From Candidatus Wolframiiraptor sinensis (lineage in GTDB: Archaea; Thermoproteota; Nitrososphaeria_A; Caldarchaeales; Wolframiiraptoraceae), in assembly GCA_023261815.1 (NCBI GenBank), contig JALNKA010000004.1:1-62006 (forward strand): a DNA stretch of 62,006 bases, written 5' to 3'. The translations under genes were made by a program, and so were the position numbers. How positions within the stretch are numbered: position 1 is the first letter of the stretch; each line of letters begins with the position of its first letter. Shown piece by piece: positions 19,418 through 28,032 of the stretch. The notes beneath the pieces were generated by a model that saw only the letters and a program-made list of their open reading frames with translations, was not told the origin of the DNA and made no database searches.

Positions 19418-20920
19418 ATGAGTGCAGGCCGCGGCGGCCTATATAGGTCGAGGCTCGAGGAAATGGATGAGGAAGCGCTATCATATCTCTCATCGCTTGC
19501 CGAGGATCAGGAGATATTGCTCGAAGACATCGAGGGAACCGAGGCACACGTGATAATGCTGTGTGAGCAGGGCATCATTCCTCGAGATGATGCGGCCAAG
19601 ATCCTCTTAGCGCTCGAGGAGCTGAGGGAGAAGGTCCTCCAGGGGGAGCTGAGGCTAGAGGGGGGATACGAGGACGTCCACGAGCTCATCGAATCAAAGG
19701 TGATAGAGAAGCTCGGGATCGAGGTCGGCGGAAAGCTGCATACGGGTAGATCTAGGAATGATCAGGTAGCCCTTGATATAAGGCTGAGGATTAGGCGGCT
19801 CCTCCTCGAGCTCTGGAGGGCGGCACTTAAGCTCGCCGAGGAGCTTCTCTCGAGAGCCGAGAAGGAGCTCGAGACGCCGATGATCCACTACACCCATCTC
19901 CAACACGCCCAGATCGGATACGTATCCCAGTATCTACTCGCCCACCTAGATCACTTATTAAGGGACATCGAGCGGATGGAGAGCTGCTATCGGAGGACGA
20001 ATAAGTCCCCACTGGGAGCATGCGCGGTCGCCGGCTCCACGCTTCCGCTAAATAGGGAGCTGGTCGCGCGTCTCCTCGGATTCGACGGCGTAGTAGAGAA
20101 CTCGGTTGATGCCGTCAGCTCGAGGGACTTCGCTCTGGAAGCGCTATCGGCGGCCGCGATAATGATGACGAACCTGAGCAGAATCGCGGAGGACATTATA
20201 ATCTGGTCAACCAGCGAGTTCGGCTACCTGGAGCTCCCGGACAGCCTCGCCTCGCCCTCGAGCATCATGCCCCACAAGAAGAACCCGTGCATCCTAGAGC
20301 TTCTCAGGGCGAAGACAGCCAAGGTGATTGGCCTCCTCGCGGGATCCCTGGCGCTGATGAAGGGGATACCAACAGGATATGATCGAGACTTGCAAGAGGG
20401 CAAGCCGATGATCTGGGAGGCCCTCAAAGAGACTAGAAGCTCCCTAATGATGATGGCGAAGACGATAAGGCTGGTCAGATTCAATGCTGATAGGCTCCGT
20501 GAGGCAGTCGAGCAAAGCTACGCGCCGGCGATCGAGCTGACAGAGGCGCTGATGAAGCATGCAGGCCTCTCACTCAGGGAAGCTCATAAGCTCGTAGGCT
20601 ACATGGTAAAGCTTCTCCACGAGCAGGGCAGAGCCCTGAAAACCCTGAAGCCCGAGGAGCTTTCAGCAGCCGCCAGCCGCGTCCTCGGAAAAAGCATAAT
20701 CGTCCCGCCCGAGATCCTGGAGAGGGCCATAGAGCCCGCGGAGATAATGAGACAGAGGATGACGCTGGGCTCCGCGAGCCCCCAGGAAATCAGGAGAATG
20801 CTCGAGAAAAGGCGCGAGGCCCTTAACCAAGCATGGGCGAGGCTTAGAGAAGTCGAAAATAATCTTTTACTGGCAAGGCAATTTTTCGAAGAATCTTTGG
20901 AAAAAATCGCGAAAAAGTGA
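19418..20920 (+). CDS. argH: Argininosuccinate lyase
   Basis: EDVH, HTGRSRNDQ, YTHLQHAQ, SSIMPHKKNP. Confidence 0.95.
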   Translation: MSAGRGGLYRSRLEEMDEEALSYLSSLAEDQEILLEDIEGTEAHVIMLCEQGIIPRDDAAKILLALEELREKVLQGELRLEGGYEDVHELIESKVIEKLGIEVGGKLHTGRSRNDQVALDIRLRIRRLLLELWRAALKLAEELLSRAEKELETPMIHYTHLQHAQIGYVSQYLLAHLDHLLRDIERMESCYRRTNKSPLGACAVAGSTLPLNRELVARLLGFDGVVENSVDAVSSRDFALEALSAAAIMMTNLSRIAEDIIIWSTSEFGYLELPDSLASPSSIMPHKKNPCILELLRAKTAKVIGLLAGSLALMKGIPTGYDRDLQEGKPMIWEALKETRSSLMMMAKTIRLVRFNADRLREAVEQSYAPAIELTEALMKHAGLSLREAHKLVGYMVKLLHEQGRALKTLKPEELSAAASRVLGKSIIVPPEILERAIEPAEIMRQRMTLGSASPQEIRRMLEKRREALNQAWARLREVENNLLLARQFFEESLEKIAKK

Positions 20921-20976
20921 AAATTATTTCGCCGAATATTTATTAGTAGCCGATAGATCTAACCCCCTCGAGGAGC

Positions 20977-22164
20977 ATGGCTAGCAAGCGCGTCGTTCTA
21001 GCATATTCAGGGGGGCTGGACTCGACCCTAATAGCAATCCTCCTTCGAGAGCACTATAAGTTCGATGAGGTGATAGGGGTCTGCCTGGACGTCGGACAGG
21101 GAGAGGCGGAGATAGCGCTGGCGAGGGAGCGGGCAGAGAAGATAGCCATAGATCTCAGGCTGATTGATGCGAAGGAGGAGTTCGTCAAGGAGATGGTGCA
21201 TCGCTGCATAAAGGCGAATGGCAACTGGGAGGGATATCCGATGGGCACATCTATGACGCGGATCCTAGTGGGCATGAAGGCCGCGCAGATCGCGGTCCAA
21301 GAGGGCATTGACTACATAGCTCATGGGTGTACCGGCAAGGGGAATGATCAATTCAGGATCGAGACAGCGGCCAAGTACGTTGCGCCGCACCTCCAGGTAA
21401 TAGCCCCCGTGAGGGAGCTCAATCTAACGAGAGATCAGGAGGAGGAGATGCTGAGAAAATACGGCATAGACCCGACCAAGAGGCCGAAGGGCAGAATCGG
21501 CGGAGACGTAAACCTATGGTCCCACTCAATTGGAAGCGGCCAATTCACGGATCTAAAGACCCAGTGCCCGGACGAGGAATACTATTGGGTTAAGCCTCTA
21601 AGCGAGGCGCCGGACAAGCCGCGAGACATAACGATAACATTCAGAAACGGCGTGCCGATCGAAGTTGATGAGATCAAGGACCCAGTCAAAATGATAATAG
21701 ACTTGAACTACATCGTCGGAGAATACGGCATAGGTAAGATCGACATCCTGGAGGACGGCATGATAGGATTCAAGTCGAGGGAGATCTACGAGGCTCCCGC
21801 GGCCACGGTCCTCCTAGCAGCTCACGCCGACCTAGAGCACCTAACGCTAACGAGGGAGCAGCTCATGTTTAAGCGCATGGTTGACGCGCAGTGGTCATAC
21901 CTCGTATACAACGCCCAGTGGCTGCACCCGCTGAGAAAGGACTTGGACGCATTCATAGACTCCACGCAGAAATACGTGAACGGCACAATAACAATACGGC
22001 TGGAGAAGGGGCACTTCAGGATAATCGAGAGGGACTCGCCGGACTCGCTCTTTGCGCCCGAGATAAGAAGCCTGAGAGCCACGGGATTTGATCAGAGAGA
22101 CGCGACAGGCGCCGTGAAAATCTTCACGTTACCATTCCAGCTATACAGCAAGAAGGGAAGATAA
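20977..22164 (+). CDS. argG: Argininosuccinate synthase
   Basis: LAYSGGLD, HGCTGKGNDQFR, KSREIYEAP. Confidence 0.95.
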   Translation: MASKRVVLAYSGGLDSTLIAILLREHYKFDEVIGVCLDVGQGEAEIALARERAEKIAIDLRLIDAKEEFVKEMVHRCIKANGNWEGYPMGTSMTRILVGMKAAQIAVQEGIDYIAHGCTGKGNDQFRIETAAKYVAPHLQVIAPVRELNLTRDQEEEMLRKYGIDPTKRPKGRIGGDVNLWSHSIGSGQFTDLKTQCPDEEYYWVKPLSEAPDKPRDITITFRNGVPIEVDEIKDPVKMIIDLNYIVGEYGIGKIDILEDGMIGFKSREIYEAPAATVLLAAHADLEHLTLTREQLMFKRMVDAQWSYLVYNAQWLHPLRKDLDAFIDSTQKYVNGTITIRLEKGHFRIIERDSPDSLFAPEIRSLRATGFDQRDATGAVKIFTLPFQLYSKKGR

Positions 22165-22400
22165 GCTCCAACGAGCTCGCAAAATAGGCCTTCCAATCCC
22201 AAATATCTCCATTCATTTCATTTTCATTTTCATTGCATTCTATTCTAAAACTACCTGCATCTTCCAAACTTAATCCGAGAAACGCGTGAGCATTAAAAAC
22301 ACGTGCCTCAAATTCCCGCAAGCTCGCCTTCGATTCATAGCTTTCCCGATTTCCTGCGAGGACACACCTCCCAGTCTGAATGCTGGTGGGGTGCTTTTAT

Positions 22401-22474
22401 TGGGCCCGGTGGGATTCGAACCCACGACCACCCGGTTATGAGCCGGGCGCTCCGCCAGGCTGAGCTACGGGCCC
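22401..22474 (-). tRNA. tRNA with CAT anticodon, probably tRNA-Ile2
   Basis: GGGCCCG acceptor stem typical of archaeal Ile tRNAs; CCCGG-CT-CAT-AA-CCGGG. Confidence 0.88.
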
Positions 22475-22514
22475 CTGTTTAATCATCGTTTTTCGCCTGG
22501 ATTTAATGGTTACT

Positions 22515-23309
22515 TTAGGCTGAGAGATATCCGCCATCGACTGGGATTATTGCGCCGGTCATGTAAGAGGAGAGGTCGCTTGCGAGAACTAGGGCTATCC
22601 TCGCGACCTCATCGGGACTTCCCAGCCTGTTCAGGGGGATTCTATGCATGAACTCTGCAGCTGTCTTGATTAACTCGAATCTAAATTTGAGGATCTGCTT
22701 TGCCGTCTCCTTAAACCCCTTCGTCATTATGCCTCCCGGTATGATCGCGTTGATCCTGAATCCACGCTTACCATACTCTTTCGCCAAGCTTCTCGTGAGA
22801 GCTATTACTCCGGCCTTGCTGATCGCGTAATGCGTTAGATCCTTAGCGATGGGTAAGATGGCCTCTATCGAGCTCACGTTCACGATCACGCCGCCCTTAT
22901 CCAGCCTCCTTCTAATCATCTCCTGGCACATCCAGAAGACCGCGTCCAAATTTATGCTGATGACCTTCCTGAGGAACCCCTCATCAACCTCCAGGAAGCT
23001 CTTGAATGGATAGATCCCGGCGTTATTAACCAAGATGTCAGGTTCTCTCCCACTCAGCTCATTCCAGAGATTGATGATGCTCGCTCTGCTGGATAAATCG
23101 ATGACATGCAGATTCACCTCGACTTTGAAGTTCGCCAATCTCTCCATAACCCTCCCGAGCTCCTCCTCATTTATATCAACGAGCTCTAGATCCGCCCCAG
23201 CCTCGGCGAAGCGATAAGCCACCGCCTCACCGATCCCCGCAGCGGCACCGGTTATTAGAGCCCTCTTGCCCCTCAACGATATAAGCTCTGAAAGAGACTT
23301 AAGCTCCAT
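22515..23309 (-). CDS. SDR family oxidoreductase
   Basis: TGAAAGIG, NNAG, YAISK. Confidence 0.93.
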   Translation of the reverse strand: MELKSLSELISLRGKRALITGAAAGIGEAVAYRFAEAGADLELVDINEEELGRVMERLANFKVEVNLHVIDLSSRASIINLWNELSGREPDILVNNAGIYPFKSFLEVDEGFLRKVISINLDAVFWMCQEMIRRRLDKGGVIVNVSSIEAILPIAKDLTHYAISKAGVIALTRSLAKEYGKRGFRINAIIPGGIMTKGFKETAKQILKFRFELIKTAAEFMHRIPLNRLGSPDEVARIALVLASDLSSYMTGAIIPVDGGYLSA

Positions 23310-23349
23310 GCCAGATTAAGATCATCAAATAGGCTGCAAATAAGTATGA

Positions 23350-23424
23350 TGCTCCGGCCGGGATTTGAACCCGGGTCACGGGCTCGAAAGGCCCGTATAC
23401 TTGTCCGGGCTATACTACCGGAGC
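23350..23424 (-). tRNA. tRNA-Glu(TTC)
   Basis: GCTCCGG acceptor stem; CGGGC-CT-TTC-GA-GCCCG. Confidence 0.95.
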
Positions 23425-23654
23425 CCGATTAATGCCTGACATCGCGCCCTTTATGAATACTTTTCGCCCGGCTTCCCGCGATGCGGCAGAATTTTTCCGG
23501 AAGAAGTTTAATGGATCACGTGAGCCCATAAATCACATGGTCTATCCGCTCTTAGGTAGGTAGCGTCATGGAGACTAATGTGCTTATCATGGGCTCAATC
23601 TCGAGCTCGCCATCTCTTGATGATTCTTTCGAAGAATCTTCAAAAATCTTCTCC

Positions 23655-23976
23655 AGCTTACATCTCCTAGGAGACCATGCCTCATGCGTCAAGTTATCGA
23701 GTTATGATTTTAAGTGCTTCTACTTTCTGGTGGAAAGCTGCATCCTAAAATCAAAAAGTCTCCAAGGAAGATGGAAAAGAGTGCTTAGGGGGAGAGCGTC
23801 TGGATGGTTCTTAGCCCGCATCTAAAGACCGCCACTCTTCTATAGGAGCATCAAATCTCACGCCACGGGTCTCATCAGGGCTTTTATCCTGCCCCTCCAT
23901 CCGCATAGACCCCACCGCAGGTTTAAGGATTCTTAGTAACCTTCTCAGCCCCTCCCTCCTACACCTAACCCTCGGC
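23655..23976 (-). mobile_element. Degenerate 3' remnant of the IS110-like element (transposase tail, RNA motif, right end)
   Basis: Minus strand encodes PRVRCRREGLRRLLRILK, compared with PRMRHQREVLRRLLSILR at 61.6 kb. RNA motif at 23773-23897. CTCCTAGGAGACC at 23664 resembles CTCCTAGGAAACC at 50208. Confidence 0.8.
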
Positions 23977-23989
23977 GGGTTATATCCTT

Positions 23990-24457
23990 ATGAGCGAGCT
24001 TCAGCATCTCTTTTCGGGAGAATCGAGGTTGTCGGCGATAGTCTCTAAAAGGTTTTCGGATGAGCTCTCGGCGCTGATCGGCAAGAGAATTAGGGTCATC
24101 CTCTCGAGCGGTGCATGCTTTGAGGGAACTGTGGCCGCTCTGAACCCGGGCGATTACAGCATCTGGCTCTCGGATGTGAGGGAGAAGGATGGCGGAATCT
24201 ATGATAAGGTCTTCATCTCGGGCAGGAGCATAGAATGCTTGTTCGTGCTGGAGGCTGGACCCGACCTATCCAAGCTCGCCGAAAGGCTCAACAAAGTCTT
24301 CCCGAACATGGTCCGTTACATCAAGGAAGCGGACGTGATTCTCGTGATGGATAGGATTAGGGTCACGAGAGATGGAGTAGTCGAGGGAACCGGCCCGGCC
24401 GCTGAGCGCGTGAAGAAGATCTATGAGGAGTGGCTGAGCGAGGAGGCGAAGGTGTGA
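23990..24457 (+). CDS. Augmented Sm-like protein (SmAP3-type Lsm); true start may be the TTG near 24030
   Basis: Sm fold (EL..LIGKRIRV.L..G..FEG...) plus C-terminal domain (F..MV.Y...A....VMDRIRV...GV.GTGP.AERV). Confidence 0.85.
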   Translation: MSELQHLFSGESRLSAIVSKRFSDELSALIGKRIRVILSSGACFEGTVAALNPGDYSIWLSDVREKDGGIYDKVFISGRSIECLFVLEAGPDLSKLAERLNKVFPNMVRYIKEADVILVMDRIRVTRDGVVEGTGPAAERVKKIYEEWLSEEAKV

Positions 24458-24544
24458 GGACCGGCATGAAGCTGGAGCAAAATCAGAGCTCAAGAAGTAA
24501 AACTTAGATTAAAAAGGCGCCTTATAAGAATTTTTTATCAGGGC

Positions 24545-25489
24545 TTGGATATAAGAGTTGTTGATGTCTTCGCTGGGTGCGGTGGCTTCAGCCTGGGTTT
24601 CGGCGAAGCCGTGAAGGCGGCGATAGAGAATCACCCCCACGTAGTCAAGACCTACATGCGGAATTTTCCATGGGTCTCGGTGTTCCCCGAGGATGCTAAG
24701 CGTGTTTGCGGCAGGTTCATACTGGATGTTTTGGGCGGCGAGGTCGATGTCGTCATAGGCGGCCCGCCATGCGAGCCATTCACCAGCATGAATAAGGGGC
24801 GGAAGAAGGATCCTCTCGATAGGCTTTTGAGCGATCCTCAGGGCAGGCTTGTGATGGAGTTTATCAGGCTCGTGGAGGAGCTTAGGCCCAAGATATTCAT
24901 CATGGAGAACGTGCATGAGCTGGTGGAGGAGCCGCTTGGAAGCCTCCTCAAGAAGTTCTTCGCGAGAATAGGCTACGAGGCTCATTTCAACTTCATTGAG
25001 GCGCACCGCTACGGTGTCCCTTCAAAGAGATACCGGGTATTCATCTCGAATATACGGCTGGATCTCTCGGGGATGGAGGAGAGGCCGAAGAGCGTTGAGG
25101 AGGCATTATCGGGTCTCGGAAACTTCGGCGAGGTTCCCAATCACGTCCCCATCAAAGTAGGCAAGATCAAGCTGAGAAGGATCAGCAGGCTGAAATGGGG
25201 GGAAGCCCTCTACGCATTCAAGGGCTCCTCGGGTAAGATCTACAGGAACTGGGTGAGGCTTCATCCAAAGCATATCGCTCCTACAATTCATGGAAGATCG
25301 CGCTTCATCCACCCATATGAGGATAGGCTACTGACCGTGAGGGAGCAAGCTAGGCTGATGAGCTTCCCCGATAACCACGTCCTCTTCGGGGGAGTAAATG
25401 TTCAATTCGATCAGGTTGGCGAGGCGGTTCCACCGCTCCTAGCGAAGAAGATAGCTAAGCTAGTCTTCGATAAGCTGAATGAGCTTTAA
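24545..25489 (+). CDS. C5 DNA cytosine methyltransferase (orphan)
   Basis: DVFAGCGG, GGPPCE, MENV, R.RVF, LTVREQARLMSFPD, GEAVPP. Confidence 0.92.
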   Translation: MDIRVVDVFAGCGGFSLGFGEAVKAAIENHPHVVKTYMRNFPWVSVFPEDAKRVCGRFILDVLGGEVDVVIGGPPCEPFTSMNKGRKKDPLDRLLSDPQGRLVMEFIRLVEELRPKIFIMENVHELVEEPLGSLLKKFFARIGYEAHFNFIEAHRYGVPSKRYRVFISNIRLDLSGMEERPKSVEEALSGLGNFGEVPNHVPIKVGKIKLRRISRLKWGEALYAFKGSSGKIYRNWVRLHPKHIAPTIHGRSRFIHPYEDRLLTVREQARLMSFPDNHVLFGGVNVQFDQVGEAVPPLLAKKIAKLVFDKLNEL

Positions 25490-25525
25490 GCAGGAGCAGG
25501 CAGCGCGTTAGATTTGCAGTGGAGA

Positions 25526-25813
25526 TTACTCGGTTTTCTTCTTCTCTTCGGCTTCCTCTGGAAGCATGACGTGGATGATCCCATTGGAGTCCTTCCTGAT
25601 CAGGACTCTTATTCTTCTCGGGGGCTTCTCGGCGCCGCGACTCCAGACGAGTTCATTGACGCCGTTGGATATTCTTACCTCCTCGCCCTTCATGTGCCTC
25701 TGAGCGAATTTTTTGATTAGGCTTATCGCCTTCTTAGCCCTCCTCGTTCTAGAGGCCTCATAAGCATCTTTCAAGGGGATTACATAGATCCTCTCCACAA
25801 CGGTCTCGCTCAT
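25526..25813 (-). CDS. rpl31e: 50S ribosomal protein L31e
   Basis: ERIYVIPL...RAKKA...NE.VWSRG..KPPRRIRV. Confidence 0.95.
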   Translation of the reverse strand: MSETVVERIYVIPLKDAYEASRTRRAKKAISLIKKFAQRHMKGEEVRISNGVNELVWSRGAEKPPRRIRVLIRKDSNGIIHVMLPEEAEEKKKTE

Positions 25814-25827
25814 ATCACTCCACGCCC

Positions 25828-25980
25828 CTAGGTCTTGATCTTACTCCTTCTCCAATGCCTTCTCTTAACGTGGAACCTGACCCTTCCCTTAGTCTTCATG
25901 ATGACCCAGCTGGGAACAGGCCAAGCCCTCTTCATCGCTTTAGCCAGCTTCTTCTTCAAGACGAGCGTCCTGATAGTCAT
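25828..25980 (-). CDS. rpl39e: 50S ribosomal protein L39e (missed by the ORF track)
   Basis: Manual translation MTIRTLVLKKKLAKAMKRAWPVPSWVIMKTKGRVRFHVKRRHWRRSKIKT. Confidence 0.93.
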   Translation of the reverse strand: MTIRTLVLKKKLAKAMKRAWPVPSWVIMKTKGRVRFHVKRRHWRRSKIKT

Positions 25981-26049
25981 CGGCTTTCCTCCCGGGCATA
26001 ACGGCTTCCCCCGAGCTTCACATAAACATTATCCTCGATCTCCGGGGGG

Positions 26050-26373
26050 CTAGAGCCTCCTGATCCTTATCTCGCGCTTGGACGTGATTCTCGCTAAAAT
26101 CTCCTTGAGCACTTCATCCGTGATGGGCAGAGGAACTCTCCCGGAGTTCGCGAGCTGAATTAGCTGCTCCTCGAGCTGTGCGACGAGCTCGGGCTTTACG
26201 AGCCTCAGGTTCGCCAGCCTCTGGCGCGCCTCCGACGTCAGGATCACCCTCATGGCCGCCTGTCTCTCCGCCTCCCTCCTGATCCTCTCCTCTTCAGCCA
26301 TCTTCCTCTGGAGCTCGGCCATTCTCGCGGCCTTCAGCTTCTCGAGCTCCTCATCGCTCATATCCGCGGACAT
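26050..26373 (-). CDS. PDCD5/TFAR19-like DNA-binding protein
   Basis: LTSEARQRLANLRLVKPE...VEQ-like LIQLA...ITDEVLKEIL. Confidence 0.92.
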   Translation of the reverse strand: MSADMSDEELEKLKAARMAELQRKMAEEERIRREAERQAAMRVILTSEARQRLANLRLVKPELVAQLEEQLIQLANSGRVPLPITDEVLKEILARITSKREIRIRRL

Positions 26374-26526
26374 GAGCAGCAGTCCTCCAAGAAATCTCCA
26401 GCGCGAGCTGCCTTAATAGCTTCTCCTCGCAAAAGAATATCCTCACTCGAGCGGGTGCCACGAGCGTGCGCAGGATAGCCTGATCCGCGCGCCATGGCCG
26501 AGCTTCTCGAGACTAATAATTGGACT

Positions 26527-26576
26527 ATACACGAATATGTAAAATATTCGTGTATCGGTTCAGAATATTTTAAATA
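26527..26576 (+). promoter_or_regulatory. Perfect 12-bp inverted-repeat operator followed by TATA box of the ABC operon
   Basis: ATACACGAATAT-N5-ATATTCGTGTAT (26527-26555), then TTTTAAATA about 27 nt before the ATG at 26603. Confidence 0.7.
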
Positions 26577-26602
26577 GGGTTGTAAAAAAGATCTAGTACG
26601 TC

Positions 26603-27943
26603 ATGAGATCCGGGAAGATCTCTAGGAGGGCGTTTCTCGGAGTCGCGAGAAGTGCGGCGATAGCGGGGGTCGTAGCAGCCGGCGCTGTGGGAGCTTTAGC
26701 AGGCTATCTAGGAGGTTCCTCAGCCGCTCCTCCCAAGACCGTTACGACAACGATGACCGTCCCTGGAGTCGCTGAGCCGCTTAAGGTCGGCTACGTCTAT
26801 GTCGGGCCTGTAGGAGATTATGGCTGGAGCTATGGCCATGATAGGGGTAGGCGATGGGCTGATGAGCACTTCGGCTTGCCCGTGAAGAGCTTCTACAGGG
26901 AGAGTGTCCCAGAGGCCGAGGTCGGCAGCGCGATAGAGACCCTAATAGATGAGGGGGCGAAGCTAATCTTCACCACCAGCTTCGGCTACATGGATGCGAC
27001 GGCCGAGTATGCTGAGAAGTATCCAGACCGCTACTTCGTCCACATAAGTGGATACAGGAGCGGAGCCGCTGGAAATGCTCCGGAGAACATGAGCTCGGCC
27101 TTCGCGGAGTTCTATCAGCTCTATTACCTGAATGGTCTCGCGGCAGGCGCTGTAACCGAGACCGGCGTGATAGGCTATGTTGGCGCGTATCCGATACCTG
27201 AGGTCGTCCGGCACATAAACGCCTTCGTCCTCGGAGCAAACTACGCTTACAAGAAGAGGACTGGAAAGAACATCAAGGCTCACGTGAACTGGATATTCAA
27301 ATGGGTTGGCCCCGATGATGCTAGGAAAGCGGCAATCGCCTTAGTCGAGGAGAAGAACTGCGATGTCCTCGCGTTCACTGAGGACACCCCAGCGGTTCTG
27401 CAGGTCGCAGAGGAATACCAGAAGAAGGGTAGGAAGGTTTGGAGTTTCAGCCACTATAGCGACATGAGGGAGTATGGGCCGAATGCCCACCTCACGGGCC
27501 AGATAGCGAACTGGGGCCCGATCTACCTCGACTTCTACAGGATGGTCGCGACAAATAGCTGGAGGTCCGTCGACATCTGGACGAGGATCGGCGACTACAC
27601 GCCATATAAGTGGAGGAGGCCGGTCGAGCAGAGCACGGCCGGCCAGCCTGAGGGGACAGTGTACCTCGCTCCGCTACATCCCGCGATTCCGAGCGAGTGG
27701 CAGCTGCTGATAAAGCAGAGGTATGAGGAGATGAAGGAGCTTCTATTCGAGCCGTTCAGCGTCGAGGGCAATCTCGGCGAGCCGATAAGAGACCAAGATG
27801 GAGAGGTCATGATAGATCGAGATAAGATAATCGTCAGCAAGGCGAGCGGAGAGGTCAGGAGCGGCGGAAGAGCGGATCACGACGCTCTATGGAGCATGGA
27901 CTGGTTTGTGGAGTACATCGAGGAGCCCCTGCCGAAACTCTAG
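26603..27943 (+). CDS. BMP-family ABC substrate-binding protein (nucleoside/purine type), Tat signal
   Basis: SRRAFL Tat motif; YVGPVGDYGWSYGHD, TTSFGY, PIPEVVRHINAF. Confidence 0.9.
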   Translation: MRSGKISRRAFLGVARSAAIAGVVAAGAVGALAGYLGGSSAAPPKTVTTTMTVPGVAEPLKVGYVYVGPVGDYGWSYGHDRGRRWADEHFGLPVKSFYRESVPEAEVGSAIETLIDEGAKLIFTTSFGYMDATAEYAEKYPDRYFVHISGYRSGAAGNAPENMSSAFAEFYQLYYLNGLAAGAVTETGVIGYVGAYPIPEVVRHINAFVLGANYAYKKRTGKNIKAHVNWIFKWVGPDDARKAAIALVEEKNCDVLAFTEDTPAVLQVAEEYQKKGRKVWSFSHYSDMREYGPNAHLTGQIANWGPIYLDFYRMVATNSWRSVDIWTRIGDYTPYKWRRPVEQSTAGQPEGTVYLAPLHPAIPSEWQLLIKQRYEEMKELLFEPFSVEGNLGEPIRDQDGEVMIDRDKIIVSKASGEVRSGGRADHDALWSMDWFVEYIEEPLPKL

Positions 27944-28032
27944 CTGCAGGCGTTATGCTCTTAAACCCCCTCCCCCATTTTTCCTCGTCTCGCGCTTAAC
28001 ACTCATAGCGTATTGAGAGGGCGTGATTCGGG

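Noticed and set aside
23521-23640. Inverted repeats (TGAGCCCAT/ATGGGCTCA; GATTCTTTCGAAGAATC) suggesting an ncRNA
   Set aside because: No recognisable family motifs and no second copy in the window; insufficient support.
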